Source: Eledone cirrhosa
Lineage: Eukaryota
DNA length: 64,000 bases
Reading direction: 5' to 3'
Assembly: GCA_964016885.1 (NCBI GenBank)
Contig: OZ024761.1
Location: forward strand, 11,594,001 to 11,658,000
The notes beneath the pieces were generated by a model that did no database searches, had not been told where the DNA came from, and saw only the letters and a list, made by a program, of their open reading frames with translations. Shown in pieces: positions 48,201-61,856 of this stretch (the first letter of the stretch is position 1; each line of letters starts with the position of its first letter). A program made the translations under genes and the position numbers.

Positions 48201-51200
48201 GGGTTGATGGGGGGTTGTAGTGGTAGTAGGGTTGATGGGGGGTTGTAGTGGTTGTAGGGTTGATGGGGGGTTGTAGTGGTTGTAGGGTTGATGGGGGGTT
48301 GTAGTGGTTGTAGGGTTGATGGGGGGTTGTAGTGGTTGTAGGATTGATGGGGGGTTGTAGTGGTTGTAGGGTTGATGGGGGGTTGTAGTGGTTGTAGGGT
48401 TGATGGGGGGTTGTAGTGGTTGTAGGGTTGATGGGGGGTTGTAGTGGTAGTAGGGTTGATGGGGGGTTGTAGTGGTTGTAGGGTTGATGGGAGGTTGTAG
48501 TGGTAGTAGGGTTGATGAGGGGGTTGTAGTGGTAGTAGGGTTGATGAGGGGGTTGTAGTGGTAGTAGGGTTGATGGGGGGGTTGTAGTGGTAGTAGGGTT
48601 GATGAGGGGGTTGTAGTGGTTGTAGGGTTGATGAGGGGGTTGTAGTGGTAGTAGGGTTGATGAGGGGGTTGTAGTGGTAGTAGGGTTGATGAGGGGGTTG
48701 TAGTGGTTGTAGGGTTGATGAGGGGTTGTAGTGGTAGTAGGGTTGATGAGGGGGTTGTAGTGGTAGTAGGGTTGATGAGGGGGTTGTAGTGGTAGTAGGG
48801 TTGATGGGGGGGGGTTGTAGTGGTAGTAGGGTTGATGGGGGGGTTGTAGTGGTAGTAGGGTTGATGAGGGGGTTGTAGTGGTAGTAGGGTTGACGAGGGG
48901 TTGTAGTGGTAGTAGGGTTGATGGGGGGTTGTAGTGGTAGTAGGGTTGATGGGGGGGTTGTAGTGGTAGTAGGGTTGATGGGGGGGTTGTAGTGGTAGTA
49001 GGGTTGATGGGGGGGTTGTATTGGTAGTAGGGTTGATGAGGGGTTGTAGTGGTTGTAGGGTTGATGGGGGGTTGTAGTGGTTGTAGGGTTGATGGGGGGG
49101 TTGTAGTGGTAGTAGGGTTGATGAGGGGGTTGTAGTGGTAGTAGGGTTGATGGGGGGTTGTAGTGGTTGTAGGGTTGATGGGGGGGTTGTAGTGGTAGTA
49201 GGGTTGATGAGGGGGTTGTAGTGGTTGTAGGGTTGATGGGGGGGTTGTAGTGGTAGTAGGGTTGATGAGGGGGTTGTAGTGGTAGTAGGGTTGATGAGGG
49301 GTTGTAGTGGTTGTAGGGTTGATGGGGGGGTTGTAGTGGTTGTAGGGTTGATGGGGGGGGGTTGTAGTGGTAGTAGGGTTGATGAGGGGGTTGTAGTGGT
49401 AGTAGGGTTGATGGGGGGTTGTAGTGGTAGTAGGGTTGATGGGGGGGTTGTAGTGGTTGTAGGGTTGATGGGGGGTTGTAGTGGTAGTAGGGTTGATGGG
49501 GTGTTGTAGTGGTAGTAGGGTTGATGGGGGGGTTGTAGTGGTTGTAGGGTTGATGGGGGGTTGTAGTGGTTGTAGGGTTGATGGGGGGTTGTAGTGGTAG
49601 TAGGGTTGATGGGGGGTTGTAGTGGTAGTAGGGTTGATGGGGGGTTGTAGTGGTTGTAGGGTTGATGGGGGGTTGTAGTGGTAGTAGGGTTGATGGGAGG
49701 TTGTAGTGGTTGTAGGGTTGATGAGGGGTTGTAGTGGTAGTAGGGTTGATGGGGGGTTGTAGTGGTAGTAGGGTTGATGGGGGGGTTGTAGTGGTTGTAG
49801 GGTTGATGGGGGGTTGTAGTGGTAGTAGGGTTGATGGGGGGTTGTAGTGGTAGCAGGGTTGATGGGGGGTTGTAGTGGTTGTAGGGTTGATGGGAGGTTG
49901 TAGTGGTTGTAGGGTTGATGAGGGGGTTGTAGTGGTAGTAGGGTTGATGGGGGGTTGTAGTGGTAGCAGGGTTGATGGGGGGTTGTAGTGGTTGTAGGGT
50001 TGATGGGGGGTTGTAGTGGTTGTAGGGTTGATGGGGGGTTGTAGTGGTTGTAGGGTTGATGGGGGGTTGTAGTGGTAGTAGGGTTGATGGGGGGTTGTAG
50101 TGGTAGTAGGGTTGATGGGGGGTTGTAGTGGTAGTAGGGTTGATGGGGGGTTGTAGTGGTAGTAGGGTTGATGGGAGGTTGTAGTGGTTGTAGGGTTGAT
50201 GAGGGGTTGTAGTGGTAGTAGGGTTGATGGGGGGTTGTAGTGGTAGTAGGGTTGATGGGGGGGTTGTAGTGGTTGTAGGGTTGACGAGGGGTTGTAGTGG
50301 TAGTAGGGTTGATGGGGGGTTGTAGTGGTTGTAGGGTTGATGGGGGGGTTGTAGTGGTAGTAGGGTTGATGAGGGGGTTGTAGTGGTAGTAGGGTTGATG
50401 AGGGGGTTGTAGTGGTTGTAGGGTTGATGAGGGGTTGTAGTGGTAGTAGGGTTGATGGGGGGTTGTAGTGGTAGCAGGGTTGATGGGGGGTTGTAGTGGT
50501 AGTAGGGTTGATGGGGGGTTGTAGTGGTAGTAGGGTTGATGGGGGGTTGTAGTGGTAGTAGGGTTGATGGGGGGGTTGTAGTGGTTGTAGGGTTGACGAG
50601 GGGTTGTAGTGGTAGTAGGGTTGATGGGGGGTTGTAGTGGTAGCAGGGTTGATGGGGGGTTGTAGTGGTTGTAGGGTTGATGGGGGGTTGTAGTGGTAGC
50701 AGGGTTGATGGGGGGTTGTAGTGGTTGTAGGGTTGATGGGGGGTTGTAGTGGTTGTAGGGTTGATGGGGGGTTGTAGTGGTTGTAGGGTTGATGGGGGGT
50801 TGTAGTGGTAGTAGGGTTGATGAGGGGTTGTAGTGGTTGTAGGGATAATGGGAGGTTGTAGTGGTAGTAGGGTTGATGGGGGGTTGTAGTGGTAGTAGGG
50901 TTGATGGGGGGTTGTAGTGGTAGTAGGGTTGATGGGGGGGTTGTAGTGGTTGTAGGGTTGACGAGGGGTTGTAGTGGTAGTAGGGTTGATGGGGGGTTGT
51001 AGTGGTAGCAGGGTTGATGGGGGGTTGTAGTGGTTGTAGGGTTGATGGGGGGTTGTAGTGGTAGCAGGGTTGATGGGGGGTTGTAGTGGTTGTAGGGTTG
51101 ATGGGGGGTTGTAGTGGTTGTAGGGTTGATGGGGGGTTGTAGTGGTTGTAGGGTTGATGGGGGGTTGTAGTGGTTGTAAGGTTGATGGGGGGTTGTAGTG

Positions 51201-54200
51201 GTTGTAGGGTTGATGGGGGGTTGTAGTGGTAGTAGGGTTGATGGGGGGTTGTAGTAGTAGTAGGGTTGATGAGGGGGTTGTAGTGGTTGTAGGGTTGATG
51301 AGGGGTTGTAGTGGTTGTAGGGTTGATGAGGGGTTGTAGTGGTAGTAGGGTTGATGGGGGGTTGTAGTGGTAGTAGGGTTGATGGGGGGGTTGTAGTGGT
51401 TGTAGGGTTGATGAGGGGTTGTAGTGGTAGTAGGGTTGATGAGGGGGTTGTAGTGGTTGTAGGGTTGATGAGGGGTTGTAGTGGTAGTAGGGTTGATGGG
51501 GGGTTGTAGTGGTAGTAGGGTTGATGGGGGGTTGTAGTGGTTGTAGGGTTGATTGGAGGTTGTAGTGGTTGTAGGGTTGATGGGGGGTTGTAGTGGTTGT
51601 AGGGTTGATTGGAGGTTGTAGTGGTTGTAGGGTTGATTGGAGGTTGTAGTGGTTGTAGGGTTGATTGGAGGTTGTAGTGGTTGTAGGGTTGATTGGAGGT
51701 TGTAGTGGTTGTAGGGTTGATTGGAGGTTGTAGTGGTTGTAGGGTTGATGGGGGGTTGTAGTGGTAGTAGGGTTGATGGGGGGTTGTAGTGGTTGTAGGG
51801 TTGATGGGGGGTTGTAGTGGTAGTAGGGTTGATGGGAGGTTGTAGTGGTTGTAGGGTTGATGGGGGGTTGTAGTGGTTGTAGGGTTGATGGGGGGTTGTA
51901 GTGGTTGTAGGGATAATGGGAGGTTGTAGTGGTTGTAGGGTTGATGGGGGGTTGTAGTGGTAGTAGGGTTGATGGGGGGTTGTAGTGGTAGTAGGGTTGA
52001 TGGGGGGTTGTAGTGGTTGTAGGGTTGATTGGAGGTTGTAGTGGTTGTAGGGTTGATGGGGGGTTGTAGTGGTTGTAGGGTTGATTGGAGGTTGTAGTGG
52101 TTGTAGGGTTGATGGGGGGTTGTAGTGGTTGTAGGGTTGATGGGGGGTTGTAGTGGTTGTAGGGTTGATGGGGGGTTGTAGTGGTTGTAGGGTTGATTGG
52201 AGGTTGTAGTGGTTGTAGGGTTGATGGGGGGTTGTAGTGGTTGTAGGGTTGATGGGGGGTTGTAGTGGTTGTAGGGGGGTTGTAGTGGTTGTAGGGTTGA
52301 TTGGAGGTTGTAGTGGTTGTAGGGTTGATGGGGGGTTGTAGTGGTTGTAGGGTTGATGGGGGGTTGTAGTGGTTGTAGGGTTGATTGGAGGTTGTAGTGG
52401 TTGTAGGGTTGATTGGAGGTTGTAGTGGTTGTAGGGTTGATGGGGGGTTGTAGTGGTTGTAGGGTTGATGAGGGTTGTAGTGGTTGTAGGGTTGATTGGA
52501 GGTTGTAGTGGTTGTAGGGTTGATGGGGGGTTGTAGTGGTAGCAGGGTTGATGAGGGTTGTAGTGGTTGTAGGGTTGATTGGAGGTTGTAGTGGTTGTAG
52601 GGTTGATGGGGGGTTGTAGTGGTTGTAGGGTTGATGGGGGGTTGTAGTGGTTGTAGGGTTGATTGGAGGTTGTAGTGGTTGTAGGGTTGATGGGGGGTTG
52701 TAGTGGTTGTAGGGTTGATTGGAGGTTGTAGTGGTTGTAGGGTTGATGGGGGGTTGTAGTGGTTGTAGGGTTGATGGGGGGTTGTAGTGGTTGTAGGGTT
52801 GATGGGGGGTTGTAGTGGTAGTAGGGTTGATGGGGGGGTTGTAGTGGTTGTAGGGTTGATGAGGGGTTGTAGTGGTAGTAGGGTTGATGGGGGGTTGTAG
52901 TGGTAGTAGGGTTGATGGGGGGTTGTAGTGGTTGTAGGGTTGATGAGGGGTTGTAGTGGTAGTAGGGTTGATGGGGGGTTGTAGTGGTTGTAGGGTTGAT
53001 TGGAGGTTGTAGTGGTTGTAGGGTTGATGGGGGGTTGTAGTGGTTGTAGGGTTGATTGGAGGTTGTAGTGGTTGTAGGGTTGATGGGGGGTTGTAGTGGT
53101 TGTAGGGTTGATGGGGGGTTGTAGTGGTAGTAGGGTTGATGGGAGGTTGTAGTGGTTGTAGGGTTGATGGGGGGTTGTAGTGGTTGTAGGGTTGATGGGG
53201 GGTTGTAGTGGTTGTAGGGTTGATGGGGGGTTGTAGTGGTTGTAGGGTTGATGGGGGGTTGTAGTGGTTGTAGGGATAATGGGAGGTTGTAGTGGTTGTA
53301 GGGTTGATGGGGGGTTGTAGTGGTTGTAGGGTTGATTGGAGGTTGTAGTGGTTGTAGGGTTGATGGGGGGTTGTAGTGGTTGTAGGGTTGATGGGGGGTT
53401 GTAGTGGTTGTAGGGTTGATGGGGGGTTGTAGTGGTTGTAGGGTTGATGGGGGGTTGTAGTGGTTGTAGGGTTGATGGGGGGTTGTAGTGGTAGTAGGGT
53501 TGATGGGAGGTTGTAGTGGTTGTAGGGTTGATGGGGGGTTGTAGTGGTTGTAGGGTTGATTGGAGGTTGTAGTGGTTGTAGGGTTGATGGGGGGTTGTAG
53601 TGGTTGTAGGGTTGATTGGAGGTTGTAGTGGTTGTAGGGATAATGGGAGGTTGTAGGGTTGATGGGGGGTTGTAGTGGTTGTAGGGATAATGGGAGGTTG
53701 TAGTGGTTGTAGGGTTGATGGGGGGTTGTAGTGGTTGTAGGGTTGATGGGGGGTTGTAGTGGTTGTAGGGTTGATGGGGGGTTGTAGTGGTTGTAGGGAT
53801 AATGGGAGGTTGTAGTGGTTGTAGGGTTGATGGGGGGTTGTAGGGTTAATGGGGGGTTGTAGAGGTTGTAGGGTTGATGGGAGGTTGTAGTGGTTGTAGG
53901 GTTGATGGGGGGTTGTAGTGGTTGTAGGGTTGATTGGAGGTTGTAGTGGTTGTAGGGTTGATGGGGGGTTGTAGTGGTTGTAGGGTTGATGGGGGGTTGT
54001 AGTGGTTGTAGGGTTGATGGGGGGTTGTAGTGGTAGTAGGGTTGATGGGGGGGTTGTAGTGGTTGTAGGGTTGATGAGGGGTTGTAGTGGTAGTAGGGTT
54101 GATGGGGGGTTGTAGTGGTAGTAGGGTTGATGGGGGGGTTGTAGTGGTTGTAGGGTTGATGAGGGGTTGTAGTGGTAGTAGGGTTGATGGGGGGTTGTAG

Positions 54201-57200
54201 TGGTTGTAGGGTTGATTGGAGGTTGTAGTGGTTGTAGGGTTGATGGGGGGTTGTAGTGGTTGTAGGGTTGATTGGAGGTTGTAGTGGTTGTAGGGTTGAT
54301 GGGGGGTTGTAGTGGTTGTAGGGTTGATGGGGGGTTGTAGTGGTAGTAGGGTTGATGGGAGGTTGTAGTGGTTGTAGGGTTGATGGGGGGTTGTAGTGGT
54401 TGTAGGGTTGATGGGGGGTTGTAGTGGTTGTAGGGTTGATGGGGGGTTGTAGTGGTTGTAGGGTTGATGGGGGGTTGTAGTGGTTGTAGGGATAATGGGA
54501 GGTTGTAGTGGTTGTAGGGTTGATGGGGGGTTGTAGTGGTTGTAGGGTTGATTGGAGGTTGTAGTGGTTGTAGGGTTGATGGGGGGTTGTAGTGGTTGTA
54601 GGGTTGATGGGGGGTTGTAGTGGTTGTAGGGTTGATGGGGGGTTGTAGTGGTTGTAGGGTTGATGGGGGGTTGTAGTGGTTGTAGGGTTGATGGGGGGTT
54701 GTAGTGGTAGTAGGGTTGATGGGAGGTTGTAGTGGTTGTAGGGTTGATGGGGGGTTGTAGTGGTTGTAGGGTTGATTGGAGGTTGTAGTGGTTGTAGGGT
54801 TGATGGGGGGTTGTAGTGGTTGTAGGGTTGATTGGAGGTTGTAGTGGTTGTAGGGATAATGGGAGGTTGTAGGGTTGATGGGGGGTTGTAGTGGTTGTAG
54901 GGATAATGGGAGGTTGTAGTGGTTGTAGGGTTGATGGGGGGTTGTAGTGGTTGTAGGGTTGATGGGGGGTTGTAGTGGTTGTAGGGTTGATGGGGGGTTG
55001 TAGTGGTTGTAGGGATAATGGGAGGTTGTAGTGGTTGTAGGGTTGATGGGGGGTTGTAGGGTTAATGGGGGGTTGTAGAGGTTGTAGGGTTGATGGGAGG
55101 TTGTAGTGGTTGTAGGGTTGATGGGGGGTTGTAGTGGTTGTAGGGTTGATGGGGGGTTGTAGTGGTTGTAGGGTTGATTGGAGGTTGTAGTGGTTGTAGG
55201 GTTGATGGGGGGTTGTAGTGGTTGTAGGGTTGATGGGGGGTTGTAGTGGTTGTAGGGTTGATGGGAGGTTGTAGGGTTGATGGGGGGTTGTAGTGGTTGT
55301 AGGGTTGATGGGGGGTTGTAGTGGTTGTAGGGTTGATGGGGGGTTGTAGTGGTTGTAGGGTTAATGGGGGGTTGTAGAGGTTGTAGGGTTGATGGGGGGT
55401 TGTAGTGTTTGTAGGGTTGATGGGGGGTTGTAGTGGTTGTAGGGTTGATGGGAGGTTGTAGAGGTTGTAGGGTTGATGGGGGGTTGTAGTGGTTGTAGGG
55501 TTGATGGGAGGTTGTAGTGGTTGTAGGGTTGATGGGGGGTTGTAGTGGTTGTAGGGTTGATGGGAGGTTGTAGTGGTTGTAGGGTTGATGGGGGGTTGTA
55601 GTGGTTGTAGGGTTAATGGGGGGTTGTAGAGGTTGTAGGGTTGATGGGGGGTTGTAGTGGTTGTAGGGTTGATGGGGGGTTGTAGTGGTTGTAGGGTTAA
55701 TGGGGGGTTGTAGAGGTTGTAGGGTTGATGGGGGGTTGTAGTGGTTGTAGGGTTGATGGGGGGTTGTAGTGGTTGTAGGGATAATGGGAGGTTGTAGTGG
55801 TTGTAGGGTTGATGGGGGGTTGTAGTGGTTGTAGGGTTAATGGGGGGTTGTAGAGGTTGTAGGGTTGATGGGGGGTTGTAGTGGTTGTAGGGTTGATGGG
55901 GGGTTGTAGTGGTTGTAGGGATAATGGGAGGTTGTAGTGGTTGTAGGGTTGATGGGGGGTTGTAGTGGTTGTAGGGTTGATGGGGGGTTGTAGTGGTTGT
56001 AGGGTTAATGGGGGGTTGTAGAGGTTGTAGGGTTGATGGGGGGTTGTAGTGGTTGTAGGGTTGATGGGGGGTTGTAGTGGTTGTAGGGATAATGGGAGGT
56101 TGTAGTGGTTGTAGGGTTGATGGGGGGTTGTAGTGGTTGTAGGGTTAATGGGGGGTTGTAGAGGTTGTAGGGTTGATGGGGGGTTGTAGTGGTTGTAGGG
56201 TTGATGGGGGTTCTAGTGGTTGTAGGGTTGATGGGAGGTTGTAGAGGTTGTAGGGTTGATGGGGGGTTGTAGTGGTTGTAGGGATAATGGGAGGTTGTAG
56301 TGGTTGTAGGGTTGATGGGGGGTTGTAGTGGTTGTAGGGTTAATGGGGGGTTGTAGAGGTTGTAGGGTTGATGGGGGGTTGTAGTGGTTGTAGGGTTGAT
56401 GGGGGGTTGTAGTGGTTGTAGGGTTGATGGGAGGTTGTAGAGGTTGTAGGGTTGATGGGGGGTTGTAGTGGTTGTAGGGTTGATGGGAGGTTGTAGTGGT
56501 TGTAGGGTTGATGGGTGGTTGTAGTGGTAGTAGGGTTGATGGGGGGTTGTAGTGGTAGTAGGGTTGATGGGGGGTTGTAGTGGTTGTAGGGTTGATGGGG
56601 GGTTGTAGTGGTTGTAGGGTTGATGGGAGGTTGTAGTGGTTGTAGGGTTGACGGGGGGGTTGTAGTGGTAGTAGGGTTGATGGGAGGTTGTAGTGGTAGT
56701 AGGGTTGATGGGGGGTTGTAGTGGTAGTAGGGTTGATGGGAGGTTGTAGTGGTAGTAGGGTTGATGGGGGGTTGTAGTGGTAGTAGGGTTGATGGGGGGT
56801 TGTAGTGGTAGTAGGGTTGATGGGGGGTTGTAGTGGTAGTAGGGTTGATGGGGGGTTGTAGTGGTTGTAGGGTTGATGGGAGGTTGTAGTGGTAGTAGGG
56901 TTGATGGGGGGTTGTAGTGGTAGTAGGGTTGATGGGGGGTTGTAGTGGTAGTAGGGTTGATGGGGGGTTGTAGTGGTAGTAGGGTTGATGGGAGGTTGTA
57001 GTGGTAGTAGGGTTGATGGGGGGTTGTAGTGGTAGTAGGGTTGATGGGGGGTTGTAGTGGTAGTAGGGTTGATGGGAGGTTGTAGTGGTAGTAGGGTTGA
57101 TGGGGGGTTGTAGTGGTTGTAGGGTTGATGGGGGGTTGTAGTGGTAGTAGGGTTGATGAGGGGGTTGTAGTGGTTGTAGGGTTGATGAGGGGGTTGTAGT

Positions 57201-58800
57201 GGTAGTAGGGTTGATGGGGGTTGTAGTGGTTGTAGGGTTGATGGGGGGTTGTAGTGGTTGTAGGGTTGATGGGGGGTTGTAGTGGTAGTAGGGTTGATGA
57301 GGGGGTTGTAGTGGTTGTAGGGTTGATGAGGGGGTTGTAGTGGTAGTAGGGTTGATGGGGGGTTGTAGTGGTTGTAGGGTTGATGGGGGGTTGTAGTGGT
57401 AGTAGGGTTGATGGGGGGTTGTAGTGGTTGTAGGGTTGATGGGGGGTTGTAGTGGTAGTAGGGTTGATGGGGGGTTGTAGTGGTTGTAGGGTTGATGGGG
57501 GGTTGTAGTGGTAGTAGGGTTGATGAGGGGGTTGTAGTGGTTGTAGGGTTGATGAGGGGGTTGTAGTGGTAGTAGGGTTGATGGGGGGTTGTAGTGGTTG
57601 TAGGGTTGATGGGGGGTTGTAGTGGTTGTAGGGTTGATGGGGGGTTGTAGTGGTTGTAGGGTTGATGGGGGGTTGTAGTGGTTGTAGGGTTGATGGGGGG
57701 TTGTAGTGGTTGTAGGGTTGATGGGGGGTTGTAGTGGTTGTAGGGTTGATGGGAGGTTGTAGTGGTTGTAGGGTTGATGGGGGGTTGTAGTGGTTGATGG
57801 GGGGTTGTAGTGGTTGTAGGGTTGATGGGGGGTTGTAGTGGTAGTAGGGTTGATGAGGGGGTTGTAGTGGTTGTAGGGTTGATGAGGGGGTTGTAGTGGT
57901 AGTAGGGTTGATGGGGGGTTGTAGTGGTAGTAGGGTTGATGGGAGGTTGTAGTGGTAGTAGGGTTGATGGGGGGTTGTAGTGGTTGTAGGGTTGATGGGG
58001 GGTTGTAGTGGTTGTAGGGTTGATGGGGGGTTGTAGTGGTTGTAGGGTTGATGGGGGGTTGTAGTGGTTGTAGGGTTGATGGGAGGTTGTAGTGGTTGTA
58101 GGGTTGATGGGGGTTTGTAGTGGTTGTAGGGTTGATGGGGGGTTGTAGTGGTTGTAGGGTTGATGGGGGGTTGTAGTGGTAGTAGGGTTGATGGGAGGTT
58201 GTAGTGGTAGTAGGGTTGATGGGGGGTTGTAGTGGTAGTAGGGTTGATGGGGGGTTGTAGTGGTTGTAGGGTTGATGGGGGGTTGTAGTGGTTGTAGGGT
58301 TGATGGGAGGTTGTAGTGGTTGTAGGGTTGATGGGGGGTTGTAGTGGTTGTAGGGATAATGGGAGGTTGTAGTGGTTGTAGGGTTGATGGGGGGTTGTAG
58401 TGGTTGTAGGGTTGATGAGGGGTTGTAGTTGTTGTAGGGATAATGGGAGGTTGTAGTGGTTGTAGGGATAATGGGAGGTTGTAGTGGTAGTAGGGTTGAT
58501 GGGGGGTTGTAGTGGTTGTAGGGTTAATGGGGTTGTAGTGGTTGTAGGGTTGATGGGGGGTTGTAGTGGTTGTAGGGATAATGGGAGGTTGTAGTGGTTG
58601 TAGGGTTGATGGGGGGTTGTAGTGGTTGTAGGGATAATGGGAGGTTGTTGTGACTGTAGGGTTGATGGGAGGTTGTTGTGGCTGTAGGGTTGATGGGAGG
58701 TTGTTGTGACTGTAGGGTTAATGGGAGGTTGTTGTGACTGTAGGGTTGACGGGAGGTTGTTGTGACTGTAGGGTTAATGGGAGGTTGTTGTGGCTGTATG
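36220..58800. repeat. Giant G-rich 28/29-bp satellite, about 22.5 kb and roughly 790 copies
   Basis: The unit is GGGTTGATG(A/G)G4-6TTGTAGTGGT(A/T)GTA. The + strand is almost devoid of C. Confidence 0.98.
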
Positions 58801-58849
58801 GTTAATGAACAGTTGTTGTGGTGATTGTAGAGGTAACAAGAGGTGTGGT

Positions 58850-61035
58850 GGCTGTAGGGGTAACAAGAGAGTGTTGTGATGGTTGTAGGGATAACAAGAG
58901 TGGTGGTGGTGACTGTAGGGCTAATGAGAGACTGTTGTGATGGCTGTAGTGATAACAAGAGTTGTGGTGGTGACTGTAGGGCTAATGAGAGACTGTTGTG
59001 ATGGCTGTAGTGATAACAAGAGTTGTGGTGGTTACTGTAGGGCTAATGAGAGACTGTTGTGATGGCTGTAGTGATAACAAGAGTGGTGGTGGTGACTGTA
59101 GGGCTAATGAGAGACTGTTGTGATGGCTGTAGTGATAACAAGAGTGGTGGTGGTTACTGTAGGGCTAATGAGAGACTGTTGTGATGGCTGTAGTGATAAC
59201 AAGAGTGGTGGTGGTTACTGTAGGGCTAATGAGAGACTGTTGTGATGGCTGTAGTGATAACAAGAGTGGTGGTGGTTACTGTAGGGCTAATGAGAGACTG
59301 TTGTGATGGCTGTAGTGATAACAAGAGTGGTGGTGGTGACTGTAGGGCTAATGAGAGACTGTTGTGATGGCTGTAGTGATAACAAGAGTGGTGGTGGTTA
59401 CTGTAGGGCTAATGAGAGACTGTTGTGATGGCTGTAGTGATAACAAGAGTGGTGGTGGTTACTGTAGGGCTAATGAGAGACTGTTGTGATGGCTGTAGTG
59501 ATAACAAGAGTGGTGGTGGTGACTGTAGGGCTAATGAGAGACTGTTGTGATGGCTGTAGTGATAACAAGAGTGGTGGTGGTTACTGTAGGGCTAATGAGA
59601 GACTGTTGTGATGGCTGTAGTGATAACAAGAGTGGTGGTGGTTACTGTAGGGCTAATGAGAGACTGTTGTGATGGCTGTAGTGATAACAAGAGTTGTGGT
59701 GGTTACTGTAGGGCTAATGAGAGACTGTTGTGATGGCTGTAGTGATAACAAGAGTTGTGGTGGTGACTGTAGGGCTAATGAGAGACTGTTGTGATGGCTG
59801 TAGTGATAACAAGAGTGGTGGTGGTGACTGTAGGGCTAATGAGAGACTGTTGTGATGGCTGTAGTGATAACAAGAGTGGTGGTGGTGACTGTAGGGCTAA
59901 TGAGAGACTGTTGTGATGGCTGTAGTGATAACAAGAGTGGTGGTGGTTACTGTAAGGCTAATGAGAGACTGTTGTGATGGCTGTAGTGATAACAAGAGTG
60001 GTGGTGGTTACTGTAGGGCTAATGAGAGACTGTTGTGATGGCTGTAGTGATAACAAGAGTGGTGGTGGTTACTGTAGGGCTAATGAGAGACTGTTGTGAT
60101 GGCTATAGTGATAACAAGAGTTTTGGTGGTTACTGTAGGGCTAATGAGAGACTGTTGTGATGGCTGTAGTGATAACAAGAGTTGTGGTGGTGACTGTAGG
60201 GCTAATGAGAGACTGTTGTGATGGCTGTAGTGATAACAAGAGTGGTGGTGGTGACTGTAGGGCTAATGAGAGACTGTTGTGATGGCTGTAGTGATAACAA
60301 GAGTGGTGGTGGTGACTGTAGGGCTAATGAGAGACTGTTGTGATGGCTGTAGTGATAACAAGAGTGGTGGTGGTTACTGTAAGGCTAATGAGAGACTGTT
60401 GTGATGGCTGTAGTGATAACAAGAGTGGTGGTGGTTACTGTAGGGCTAATGAGAGACTGTTGTGATGGCTGTAGTGATAACAAGAGTGGTGGTGGTTACT
60501 GTAGGGCTAATGAGAGACTGTTGTGATGGCTGTAGTGATAACAAGAGTTGTGGTGGTTACTGTAGGGCTAATGAGAGACTGTTGTGATGGCTGTAGTGAT
60601 AACAAGAGTTGTGGTGGTGACTGTAGGGCTAATGAGAGACTGTTGTGATGGCTGTAGTGATAACAAGAGTTGTGGTGGTGACTGTAGGGCTAATGAGAGA
60701 CTGTTGTGATGGCTGTAGTGATAACAAGAGTGGTGGTGGTGACTGTAGGGCTAATGAGAGACTGTTGTGATGGCTGTAGTGATAACAAGAGTGGTGGTGG
60801 TGACTGTAGGGCTAATGAGAGACTGTTGTGATGGCTGTAGTGATAACAAGAGTGGTGGTGGTGACTGTAGGGCTAATGAGAGACTGTTGTGATGGCTGTA
60901 GTGATAACAAGAGTGGTGGTGGTGACTGTAGGGCTAATGAGAGACTGTTGTGATGGCTGTAGTGATAACAAGAGTGGTGGTGGTGACTGTAGGGCTAATG
61001 AGAGACTGTTGTGATGGCTGTAGTGATAACAAGAG
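58850..61035. repeat. 61-bp minisatellite (dimer of about 30-bp subunits), about 35 copies
   Basis: The unit is GTGGTGGTGGT(G/T)ACTGTAGGGCTAATGAGAGACTGTTGTGATGGCTGTAGTGATAACAAGA. Confidence 0.97.
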
Positions 61036-61539
61036 AGAATGATAATATCAGGTGTCAAAACCCTTGGCATCTCCTGTGGACAGCTGATACATACACACAT
61101 ACATACACTTACCTATACACACATACATACACTTACCTATACATACATACACTTACCTACATACACTTACCTATACACACACTTACCTACATACACATAC
61201 ATATACTTACCTATACACATACATACATAGATACATACATGTGTGTGTACAACATCCTAGATACACAGTTTTGTTTACATGTACACACTGACATATGTAT
61301 ATTCCTTACTTTATACATACATGCCATTAAATACATCCCTAAACATTAGCTGAAGACCAGCGATTATAATGGTGAGACACTGAGGCAAGAATTATTTAGA
61401 CTTTATAAGACAATAGTTCATGTATTGTGAGGCTCCCAACTGGAGGCAGTTTGGTTAGCTGGTGTAGCTAGAAGAATATATATATATATATGTATCAGTG
61501 AGTGTTTATATTGCTTCCTGTGTGTGTTGGGAGGTAATG

Positions 61540-61542
61540 TAA

Positions 61543-61591
<49 letters not shown>

Positions 61592-61604
61592 AAGAGGACT
61601 AAAT

Positions 61605-61635
<31 letters not shown>

Positions 61636-61678
61636 AAGAGAGAGAGAGAGAGAGAGAGAGAGGTAAAGAGGACTAAAT

Positions 61679-61717
<39 letters not shown>

Positions 61718-61798
61718 AAGAGAGAGAGAGAGAGGGGGGTAAAGAGGACTAAACACACACACACACACACATAGAGAGAGAGAGGTAAAGAAGACTAA

Positions 61799-61854
<56 letters not shown>
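61540..61854. repeat. Compound repeat: four copies of GGTAAAGA(G/A)GACTAAA joined by (CA)n(TA)n(GA)n of variable length
   Basis: The anchor is seen at about 61588, 61662, 61738 and 61783. Confidence 0.9.

Positions 61855-61856
<2 letters not shown>

Noticed and set aside
36220-58800. True telomeric repeat tract
   Set aside because: There is no tandem TTAGGG; the period is 28-29 bp and the array is flanked by ordinary sequence.
61345-61395. Hammerhead-like CTGAAGA-CCA..TGG-TGAGAC
   Set aside because: GAAA is absent and no convincing stem I or III can be formed.
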